Below are positions 1-6,144 of a DNA stretch of 37,839 nucleotides, piece after piece. The position numbers and the translations under genes are program-made. The notes beneath the pieces are model-generated. The model ran no database searches. It was not told the origin of the DNA and saw only the letters and a list, made by a program, of their open reading frames with translations. The DNA comes from an uncultured Gammaproteobacteria bacterium (lineage in GTDB: Bacteria > Patescibacteriota > Microgenomatia > UBA10105 > UBA927). How positions within the stretch are numbered: position 1 is the stretch's first letter; each line of letters opens with the position of its first letter. The DNA is taken from NCBI GenBank assembly GCA_964582845.1, contig CAZOTW010000005.1:1-37839 (forward strand), read 5' to 3'.

Positions 1-96
1 GGGGTCGCGGTTGTGGTCGCGGTCGGGGTCGCGGTCGGGGTCGCGGTTGGGGTCGCGGTCGGGGTCGCGGTTGGGGTCGCGGTTGGGGTCGCGGTT
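1..96. repeat. 12-bp tandem repeat, 8 units (consensus ggggtcgcggtY), running off the left edge of the window
   Basis: Units at 1-12, 13-24 ... 85-96. Only unit base 12 (t/c) varies, plus unit base 2 once (g to t at position 14). All six frames are stop-free inside the array. Confidence 0.95.
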
Positions 97-150
97 GTAA
101 ATTTATTCAAAAACATCCCCGTCCAATCTCGTAATAAGCATAGAGCGATT

Positions 151-183
151 TCCCCGGTACGGACGGGCCGGGGAGTTTTTTTT
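151..183 (+). terminator. Rho-independent terminator (plus strand)
   Basis: tccccgg (151-157) pairs with ccgggga (168-174): a 7-bp GC-rich stem with a 10-nt loop, followed by g plus T8 (176-183). It lies 17 nt after a plus frame-3 stop (132-134) and directly before the SD of the 196 gene. Confidence 0.75.
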
Positions 184-195
184 GAGGAAAGTAAC

Positions 196-591
196 ATGAG
201 CGAAATTAAAAAATACATCTGCCTTGATACCATAAAAGTTCGAGAGATAATCAATGCAGAAAAAACGATATCGATCGATATTGATGCAAGCGGTATCTCT
301 GTTGGCGACATCATAGGGGTGCGTGAAGGATGGACGCCGTTTTATTATGGAGGCGAATACACATCAGTTGTTTACTCTGCCGACAAGATTGACAATACAA
401 AAACAGATATGTACTACAGAAAGTTGATTATGGTTTCGATTCCAGAGTCTAAAAGAAAAAAAATAACAGGAACCTTAGCTAATAACAACGAGGTTTTTTC
501 ACCTGAAACTCTGCCTGATGAGCTAGTGAGAATATTCCTAAGAGTTATATATGTAGGCGGTAGGATAGAAGCAGTAAGGGTAAATCAATAA
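196..591 (+). CDS. Hypothetical protein (131 aa)
   Basis: ATG at 196 is preceded by GAGGAAA (184-190). The ORF-track extension 13-195 reads through the tandem repeat and the terminator, so it is not credible. The segment VGDIIGVREGW is faintly ASCH/PUA-like; this is a weak impression only. Confidence 0.7.
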   Translation: MSEIKKYICLDTIKVREIINAEKTISIDIDASGISVGDIIGVREGWTPFYYGGEYTSVVYSADKIDNTKTDMYYRKLIMVSIPESKRKKITGTLANNNEVFSPETLPDELVRIFLRVIYVGGRIEAVRVNQ

Positions 592-651
592 GTGGCTTGT
601 TTTGGTGGTGATCAAACCAATTGCGGAACTTATAACAAAGGATAAAACTGC

Positions 652-1371
652 ATGCCTTTAAAAAAGTCTAATGGAAATATGTATCCGTGGGTTACGCACA
701 CACACGCGGAACTCGGAGGGGAATGTTCTCACAAATGTTCGTATTGTTATGTTGACAATCCAAGATTTGGACGCGCTACACGTTATTGCGGAGAAAAAAG
801 GATAATAGAATCAGAGGCTAACACACGACTCGGTTCTGGCAATGTGATATTCAAAGAGCATATGAATGACCTATTTGCCAAAGATGTTCCGAAGTTTATT
901 GTTCAAACTGTTTTGAATCATTGCCAGAAATGGCCGGATAATACCTATGTGTTCCAATCTAAAAATCCCGGAAGGTTCCAATTTTTTAATTACCCGCAAT
1001 CCAAGTTAATTTTTGGGACTACAATTGAGACTAACAGAAATATCGACAAATCGATATCGGTGGCACCACAGCCAATCGACAGATTTACCGAAATGTGCCA
1101 AAGCTCAATGAGGTTCGTAGATAAGTTCATCACCATCGAACCGGTAATGGATTTCGACGTTGATATACTTGCTTCATGGATAGATATAATCAGACCGAAG
1201 TTTTTGAATCTTGGTGCAGATAGTAAAAACCATAGGTTGCCTGAACCGACAATAGAAAAGATATTTAAACTTGTTGCAAAATTGAAGGAATATGGAATTG
1301 AATTGCGAGAAAAACACAACCTTTCGAGACTGCTCGACGGAAAAATCCACGACGGCGAGGTTCCGGCATGA
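652..1371 (+). CDS. Radical-SAM-motif protein resembling the phage Gp37/Gp68 (DUF5131-like) family
   Basis: CSHKCSYC is a CX3CX2C motif near the N-terminus. The downstream pattern VIFKEHMNDLFAKDVP...YVFQSKNPGRF resembles the Gp37/Gp68 core. AAGGA lies 9 nt upstream of the ATG. Confidence 0.85.
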   Translation: MPLKKSNGNMYPWVTHTHAELGGECSHKCSYCYVDNPRFGRATRYCGEKRIIESEANTRLGSGNVIFKEHMNDLFAKDVPKFIVQTVLNHCQKWPDNTYVFQSKNPGRFQFFNYPQSKLIFGTTIETNRNIDKSISVAPQPIDRFTEMCQSSMRFVDKFITIEPVMDFDVDILASWIDIIRPKFLNLGADSKNHRLPEPTIEKIFKLVAKLKEYGIELREKHNLSRLLDGKIHDGEVPA

Positions 1372-1769
1372 TTTATTTTGATAGAGGCAGATTCGAATAC
1401 ATGAAAAAATATTCGAAGGAGCTTATAATTAAACTTCTTGAGAGTGAGGTTTTTGTATCCATTCCAGAAAGCAAAATGCTGTTTTTCAAATGGAATATGA
1501 TAGAAGAGGAGCTTTCGAAGAAGCGAAAAGAACATCTCGAAAAAAGCTCTACCACAATACTAGAATACGCTAAATCTGCCGACGAACTCGCCAAAGAATT
1601 TAATAGTGAAAACGACGGTAAAAAGAAAATTGATATTTTAGATAGGCGCGAAGTTCTTCTTAAAAAAATAAACTACCACAACAATGAGTGGATGTTGATT
1701 AATAAAAAATACGAAGAGGGGCAACGAATATATAATATGGCGATGGAAATGCAGAAAAATGGCAAGTAA
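1368..1769 (+). CDS. Hypothetical charged / coiled-coil-like protein
   Basis: ATGA start/stop overlap with the 652-1371 gene. The sequence is Lys/Glu-rich. No family recognised. Confidence 0.65.
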   Translation: MIYFDRGRFEYMKKYSKELIIKLLESEVFVSIPESKMLFFKWNMIEEELSKKRKEHLEKSSTTILEYAKSADELAKEFNSENDGKKKIDILDRREVLLKKINYHNNEWMLINKKYEEGQRIYNMAMEMQKNGK

Positions 1770-1917
1770 GATAGATTATGCGGGAATAGCTCATGAAATA
1801 TGGGCAGCTTCACAGCTTGCACAAGATGAAGGAATAGAAGATAGTGTTGGTAGGATAGAGGAGATTTTGAGAAGGGAATTTGATAATGAAGCGAAAGGCA
1901 CTGTTCGAAAGACTTGA
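1759..1917 (+). CDS. Small hypothetical ORF (52 aa, not in ORF track)
   Basis: Hand translation gives MASKIDYAGIAHEIWAASQLAQDEGIEDSVGRIEEILRREFDNEAKGTVRKT*. The ATG overlaps the end of the upstream gene. It also overlaps the 1880 ORF by 38 nt, so one of the two may be wrong. Confidence 0.3.
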   Translation: MASKIDYAGIAHEIWAASQLAQDEGIEDSVGRIEEILRREFDNEAKGTVRKT

Positions 1918-2125
1918 AGACAAGTTCAAACAAGAGGAAAAAAATATTAATGAGTGCGCAAGAATTATATATTCTGGAATTGGATATCATGTTGAAGAAG
2001 GGTATGATTTTTCAACTGCAAACCACCCACAAGAAAAAGCGTGCTACGCACTCGCGATAAAAACATTTAACTTTTGGCAGGGCAAGTTAATGGTCAACGG
2101 CAAAAAAAAGGATAACGGCCGTTGA
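1880..2125 (+). CDS. Hypothetical protein (81 aa)
   Basis: Open frame whose stop overlaps the TTG start of the next gene (TTGA). No family recognised. Confidence 0.5.
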   Translation: MIMKRKALFERLEDKFKQEEKNINECARIIYSGIGYHVEEGYDFSTANHPQEKACYALAIKTFNFWQGKLMVNGKKKDNGR

Positions 2126-2502
2126 GTATAAAATCTCTTGCAGACATAGAAAATACCGGATACCCTGAATACATCAAGGAGCAGCTGCGCTGTGGATTCT
2201 CAGAAAAAAAGAGTCGAAATAGAGCTTCCGATACCACTTCCGACGTGGAACTTCCTTTTTGCCGCAAATCCGTTTGTAAGAATGCGAGTGCGACATTTAA
2301 TACATCTGTTCGTATCGATATATATTCTACCAGAAAACGAAAGACCGACATTGACAACATTTCTGGGAAAGCTGCACTCGATGGAATCATTGAAAGCGGT
2401 TTACTTGTCGATGATTCGCCCGACCAGATCGAAAGCTACCAAGTTCACAAGCCGAAAATATCGAACAAAGAAAAAACGTTAATAGTAATCGAACAAATAT
2501 GA
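2122..2502 (+). CDS. rusA: RusA-like Holliday junction resolvase
   Basis: RKTDIDNISGKAALDGIIESGLLVDDSPDQI matches the RusA catalytic core pattern (DxDN...K...D...DD) at the expected distance from the N-terminus. The TTG start is coupled to the upstream stop. Confidence 0.7.
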   Translation: MSIKSLADIENTGYPEYIKEQLRCGFSEKKSRNRASDTTSDVELPFCRKSVCKNASATFNTSVRIDIYSTRKRKTDIDNISGKAALDGIIESGLLVDDSPDQIESYQVHKPKISNKEKTLIVIEQI

Positions 2503-2580
2503 AGCGAATACTGTTCTATAATTGACAGATGCAGGTATTAAATTGCAAACATTTCTTTTACGCGATCTATTTTTATTTTT

Positions 2581-2739
2581 CTACGGCGCGATTTTATCAA
2601 GACCCGTTAGTACATCTTTGGCTATAAAAAATAAACAATTTTTGTCGTGCACAACAGGTAAACTACGACCGTATCTTACCGAGAAGGGCAATCTATTTAC
2701 TATGTACACGCGCCACTCCAATTCAAAAGCCGGTTTCAT
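2581..2739 (-). CDS. Hypothetical ORF (52 aa from ATG 2739), possibly a C-terminal extension of the 2723-2944 protein
   Basis: The frame is open from 2796. It has no convincing SD of its own. It overlaps the upstream stop at a TTT TGA site (see findings). Confidence 0.35.
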   Translation of the reverse strand: MKPAFELEWRVYIVNRLPFSVRYGRSLPVVHDKNCLFFIAKDVLTGLDKIAP

Positions 2740-2944
2740 TTCCGGCAGCGGCACACTTGGGGCATAGATGGTTCTTTTTGATAGACCACCCCCCATTTTT
2801 TAATAACTTACGCAATAAATCCCCTTTTGGTGTGCCCCTACATTTACCCGGCCCCCACGCGAGTCCGTTTCCGCACTTATCGCACTTGGCGACAGATTCG
2901 GCTACTTTGAGGCCTGATTTTTCGCATGTTGTGTACTGTATCAT
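2723..2944 (-). CDS. Small four-cysteine zinc-ribbon protein (73 aa)
   Basis: ATG at 2944 is preceded by AAGAGGGAG plus a 7-nt spacer. CDKC ... CPKC cysteine pairs are present. The ORF-track start at 3112 is an unsupported extension. Confidence 0.7.
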   Translation of the reverse strand: MIQYTTCEKSGLKVAESVAKCDKCGNGLAWGPGKCRGTPKGDLLRKLLKNGGWSIKKNHLCPKCAAAGNETGF

Positions 2945-3130
2945 TTTAACACTCCCTCTTAGGGAAGTTGCGTTACTTTTCGTAAAAACGACAATTAAAA
3001 AAGCGCCCCAGGAGATTCCGCTTAACAGGGATTTTACTCGCAAGACAGCTTGGACCATTGTTAACCTGGGAGGCCCACACCATAACGCTCCAACTATAAT
3101 ATAAAATAACAAATTTATTGCCTACAACGT

Positions 3131-3319
3131 TTACGTAGCGCGAAGTCGGCGCTTCGCCGGTTTGGGTGAAGTCTTCGGAGCCGCACTGCGTTTGTTGGTG
3201 GGCGTTTTTTGCGTCTCCTCAACGAACCTTTTTATGCGTTCGAATGAATCGAGAATTTTATTCGCAGCACCCTGTTTTTGCAGATAATAACTCACCCATA
3301 GAATATCTATGTTAAGCAT
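3131..3319 (-). CDS. Hypothetical basic-tailed protein (62 aa)
   Basis: ATG at 3319 is preceded by GGAGG plus TTTT. The C-terminus is Lys/Arg/Pro-rich. Confidence 0.6.
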   Translation of the reverse strand: MLNIDILWVSYYLQKQGAANKILDSFERIKRFVEETQKTPTNKRSAAPKTSPKPAKRRLRAT

Positions 3320-3361
3320 AAAACCTCCAATATTGTGAATTGCCAATTGCGTGCAACGTTT

Positions 3362-3477
3362 GCCAAACGGAAGCCATGCCGACCCATACTAAGGGCGTCC
3401 CCGTTTGCTGCTGGCTATCGACATTTTGGTACGGCCAGAAGTCGCGCGACTGGTAATCGGCATGGCTTTCCTTTGGC
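3362..3477. other. 116-nt inverted repeat / long hairpin with 21-bp arms
   Basis: gccaaacggaagccatgccga (3362-3382) pairs with tcggcatggctttcctttggc (3457-3477): 19 Watson-Crick pairs, one G-T and one mismatch, enclosing 74 nt. It lies in the 178-bp gap between the 3498 and 3319 genes. Confidence 0.7.
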
Positions 3478-3497
3478 TGTTGGTTGATGTAAAAATT

Positions 3498-3845
3498 TTA
3501 TTCCTTAATACCTTGCGGCGCTTCTTTCTTTTTTAGTGCATCCAAAATCAAATTGGTGCAATATGACAACATATGCAAAACTTCATACTCTTTGTAGCAT
3601 CCAGGACTTCGATGAGCATTGCCTGACATAGTGCAAGCGCATACTTTACAAATCCAATGTCCAGCACCTTCTGGATATCCCGGCCCGTGATCGTAAAAAG
3701 TAAGATCGTCGGTTTCAAATCTGCATGCTTCGCATTCTTCTGGTTTTTCTGTCTTCGTTTTCTTGCGCCGCCTATAATAAATTGTTTTCAAAACGGGCAT
3801 TTCGCATAACGGGTTGCCACATGCCGAAGTTGCAGCTTTGGGCAA
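3498..3845 (-). CDS. Cysteine-rich hypothetical protein
   Basis: Long open frame with CEAC ... CKVCAC ... C motifs. The start is uncertain (TTG 3845 or ATG 3800); neither has a clear SD. Confidence 0.55.
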   Translation of the reverse strand: MPKAATSACGNPLCEMPVLKTIYYRRRKKTKTEKPEECEACRFETDDLTFYDHGPGYPEGAGHWICKVCACTMSGNAHRSPGCYKEYEVLHMLSYCTNLILDALKKKEAPQGIKE

Positions 3846-3905
3846 TTTGGGGCGGCGCTTTGGCCGCCCGGCATGTGGCTGTTGTACGAAGTTCTGGCCG
3901 CCTCC

Positions 3906-4079
3906 TTATTGTTCTGCGCGCGCTTCTTCTTCGATTGCTTTTTTACGGGCAACGGCAACATGCTTGTGCTTGTAAACACGTTCGAGAAATTTATTGTATT
4001 TCTCATGATTGAGTTCCCCGCTTTTGACTTCGATGGCATAGCCTCCGCTTACATCAACAACAACCAATTCTACACTCAT
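3906..4079 (-). CDS. Small hypothetical protein (57 aa, not in ORF track)
   Basis: Hand translation gives MSVELVVVDVSGGYAIEVKSGELNHEKYNKFLERVYKHKHVAVARKKAIEEEARAEQ*. Its start overlaps the PAPS-reductase stop in an ATGA arrangement. Confidence 0.6.
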   Translation of the reverse strand: MSVELVVVDVSGGYAIEVKSGELNHEKYNKFLERVYKHKHVAVARKKAIEEEARAEQ

Positions 4080-4924
4080 ACAAAAACCTCCTTTGGTTCC
4101 TCAAAAATAAGGGTTTCTTGATTTTCGTTTGGCAATGAACCGGCCTGACCGGTTAGCCACCATCGCCAGTACTCTTCTGCTGTATTAATCCCATTAATAT
4201 CACAACGTTCGTCCCCGAACCGTTCGAACCACGCCTTTATCGCCTTTTCCCACGCGGCAACGATACGGGGATGCCACCGTCTGCTTTGTTCTTCAACTCC
4301 AGGGAGAGCGAGCGGACAAAGAACGCACCCGACACGTTTGAAGTTGAACGGTTCTTTGTAAAGAGGATTTATCGGAATGTTGTTTTCGTTAATATATTCC
4401 CACACCATTTCATCAGTCCAGTCGATGATGACATGGCAAAATCGTTTTGTTTTTGCCCGTATACACTGTTCGATAACTCGGTATCCTGATCGTCGCGCAG
4501 ATTCGGCGGCGCGAACCCCGGTAACAACCATATGTCCGGTTCCAAAATGTTCTTTGTAGTCCCGACAACACCATCTCCTGCCATTGCGAGAAGGAGGGGC
4601 AGTTCTTACTTGCTTTATTTTCTGAAGCAATGGAATTGTAGGGCGGTGTATTTCTACGTCGGGATATTCTTTCTTGATATGCCATATTGTTTCTGGTGCG
4701 TCTACGGTTGTAAGTGAATGATGGAACGTTGCCTTTACTCTAGCCGCCTTTGCAAGGTGGTAAATTACTGACGAGTCTTTCCCTCCTGAAATTCCAACCC
4801 AGTATCCGGCAGGATTCATGTTTAAAGCAATCGGTTCAAAAAGTTTCAACCGTTCTATTGCTATATTCACCATGTCACGTTCACCGAATAAATCGTTCGG
4901 GTGAAGTGCTGAATTTGTTTTCAT
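4076..4924 (-). CDS. Phosphoadenosine phosphosulfate (PAPS) reductase family / PP-loop ATPase protein
   Basis: PP-loop GISGGKDSS, the RRWCCRDYK motif and C-terminal GCVLCPLA are typical of phage PAPS-reductase-family proteins. Confidence 0.9.
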   Translation of the reverse strand: MKTNSALHPNDLFGERDMVNIAIERLKLFEPIALNMNPAGYWVGISGGKDSSVIYHLAKAARVKATFHHSLTTVDAPETIWHIKKEYPDVEIHRPTIPLLQKIKQVRTAPPSRNGRRWCCRDYKEHFGTGHMVVTGVRAAESARRSGYRVIEQCIRAKTKRFCHVIIDWTDEMVWEYINENNIPINPLYKEPFNFKRVGCVLCPLALPGVEEQSRRWHPRIVAAWEKAIKAWFERFGDERCDINGINTAEEYWRWWLTGQAGSLPNENQETLIFEEPKEVFV

Positions 4925-4990
4925 TCTTTTTTCCCGTCTTCGCGCGCGCCTATATTCTCAGCGGCCAGAATTTCGCACAACGTGTTGCGA

Positions 4991-5260
4991 TTACGCGCAG
5001 TGCGCGTCTTTTTGCGCATTGAGGCGCACATCGATAAATCTACTTAAATGGGCAACCTCTTCGGTTCCACTGTAACTTGATAGGAACTCACGAACGACTC
5101 TTTGCGCCGCCGCATAATCGTTGTTGGTGGTTGGTTTTAGAAACTCCTTAACGTCGTCAAATCTGACAAATACTCCGTTAATGAGACCACATCTTCCCTC
5201 ATCACCATGAGACACGGAAAAGCCAAAATGATAGAACTGTAAATTTGTCAGATTTGACAT
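4991..5260 (-). CDS. Hypothetical protein (89 aa)
   Basis: Open frame in the operon orientation. No family recognised. Confidence 0.55.
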   Translation of the reverse strand: MSNLTNLQFYHFGFSVSHGDEGRCGLINGVFVRFDDVKEFLKPTTNNDYAAAQRVVREFLSSYSGTEEVAHLSRFIDVRLNAQKDAHCA

Positions 5261-5311
5261 ACAATAAAGACCTTTCTAAAACTTGACACCAACTACCTCA
5301 ATGGTGAACTG

Positions 5312-5533
5312 TTACTTTTTATAAAACTTATCTATCTTAACATTTTCCAACGGCTTAACGTTTTTAAGCTTACGCGGATCTGGCAGCGAGTCATAAAATT
5401 GCTGCTGTTTTTTATTCGCAACATGCTCGATCCATGAATCAAAGAACTGCTCAAACGTCATCCCTTTTGCCCTGCACCACTTTTTTATTGTTCGGTGGGC
5501 ATTTTCCGATACGGGGATTGTTTTTAACATCAT
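5312..5533 (-). CDS. Ribbon-helix-helix (Arc/CopG-like) DNA-binding protein
   Basis: From MMLKTIPVSENAHRTIKKWCRAKGMTFEQFFDSWIE the sequence follows a beta-strand, helix, helix pattern typical of RHH proteins. Start placed at ATG 5533/5530. Confidence 0.6.
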   Translation of the reverse strand: MMLKTIPVSENAHRTIKKWCRAKGMTFEQFFDSWIEHVANKKQQQFYDSLPDPRKLKNVKPLENVKIDKFYKK

Positions 5534-5648
5534 CGTTCCATTTTCGAGAATGGCAAAATGGGCACACCTTTGGATTATCAACTCGGGCTTTCCAACTGTT
5601 TTTACATTTAAAACAGGTGCATAGCCATACTGTAATTTTCTTTATCAT
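5451..5648 (-). CDS. Small zinc-ribbon protein
   Basis: CTCFKC ... CPFC cysteine pairs lie within the first 35 aa. The ATG is 6 nt downstream of a TATATT hexamer. The 3' third overlaps the RHH gene in another frame. Confidence 0.6.
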   Translation of the reverse strand: MIKKITVWLCTCFKCKNSWKARVDNPKVCPFCHSRKWNDDVKNNPRIGKCPPNNKKVVQGKRDDV

Positions 5649-5654
5649 GATGAT

Positions 5655-5683
5655 AATATAACTAATAAATATTTTAAATGCAA
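5655..5683 (-). promoter_or_regulatory. Sigma70-like promoter, candidate leaderless transcript for the 5648 gene
   Basis: On the minus strand: TTGCAT (5683-5678), 17-nt spacer, TATATT (5660-5655), 6 nt, then ATG 5648. The geometry and -10 hexamer are the same as at 37759-37787. Confidence 0.4.
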
Positions 5684-5692
5684 ATTATTTTA

Positions 5693-5706
5693 CGACATTG
5701 ATGTCG
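5693..5706. promoter_or_regulatory. 14-bp palindrome CGACAT-TG-ATGTCG, candidate operator
   Basis: Perfect 6-bp half sites, 9 nt upstream of the -35 hexamer of the 5655-5683 promoter. Confidence 0.3.
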
Positions 5707-5727
5707 CATTGGTGCGGAAGGTGAAAA

Positions 5728-6144
5728 TTACAAGATGTTGGCCAGAGTCATGCTCATTTTGTTACTGTCTTGCGTTGCGACAGAAGAGGCGGCAGTGACG
5801 GTATGTTCATTGCTTTCAAAAGCCGGCCCGCTTCCTTCGTCAAAACCGGAGGGGGTAAAACGGAATTTAAATTTATTACCTACTGTAAACGTAGCCGCAA
5901 CGGTATACCGGAAAAGAAACGTCCAAGTGCGTGATTCGCCGGAGACCGACACGGACGGGCAATCGTAAAAATACTCATTTGCAATATCAGAGTACGGACG
6001 CTCAGGAATCGCGGTTGGATCAACCGCAGTGAGTTCCGAATACGCGCCGTACCCGGACCCGGTGTCAATCGCCATCTCAACCATGAATTGATCGACACCT
6101 TGAACCGTATCAGGCACGCTGATTCTTTTTCCAATTGCTGGCAT
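5728..6144 (-). CDS. Hypothetical protein (138 aa), last gene of the accessory arm
   Basis: TAATG overlap with the upstream gene. No signal peptide. No family recognised. Confidence 0.7.
   Translation of the reverse strand: MPAIGKRISVPDTVQGVDQFMVEMAIDTGSGYGAYSELTAVDPTAIPERPYSDIANEYFYDCPSVSVSGESRTWTFLFRYTVAATFTVGNKFKFRFTPSGFDEGSGPAFESNEHTVTAASSVATQDSNKMSMTLANIL

Noticed and set aside
1-96. Possible CRISPR array
   Set aside because: The units are 12 bp and directly abutting, with no spacers. No cas genes or leader were seen. It is a simple tandem repeat.
13-195. N-terminal (GVAV)n extension of the first ORF in the supplied track (13-591)
   Set aside because: It would have to read through a strong terminator hairpin with a T8 tract (151-183) and through the SD (GAGGAAA) of the ATG at 196. 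The frame is open only because the tandem repeat lacks stops in every frame.
2192-2482. Alternative frame reading ELPIPLPTWNFLFAANPF..., which looks like a RusA N-terminal PxPxxN motif and suggests a frameshifted rusA
   Set aside because: The distance from this motif to the DIDN catalytic box would be only ~33 aa, against ~55 in RusA proteins. Two frame changes would be needed. The 2122 frame is also cleanly coupled (TTGA) to the upstream gene and places DIDN at the normal position.
2522-3104. Plus-strand ORFs 2522-2767 and 2757-3104
   Set aside because: The minus strand here carries a gene with an excellent SD (AAGAGGGAG) and paired CxxC motifs. The plus-strand translations are Pro/His/Leu-rich, with no start signals.
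3362-3477. tRNA or tmRNA in the structured intergenic element
   Set aside because: There is no 7-bp acceptor stem, D-arm, anticodon arm and T-arm arrangement and no GTTCRAnnC T-loop. The 21-bp closing helix is far longer than any tRNA stem.
3850-3869. GC-rich hairpin gggcggc-gctttg-gccgccc as a terminator
   Set aside because: No T-tract follows on either strand. It lies in the region that is probably the 5' end or leader of the 3498-3845 ORF. It is more likely an incidental or translational-control stem.
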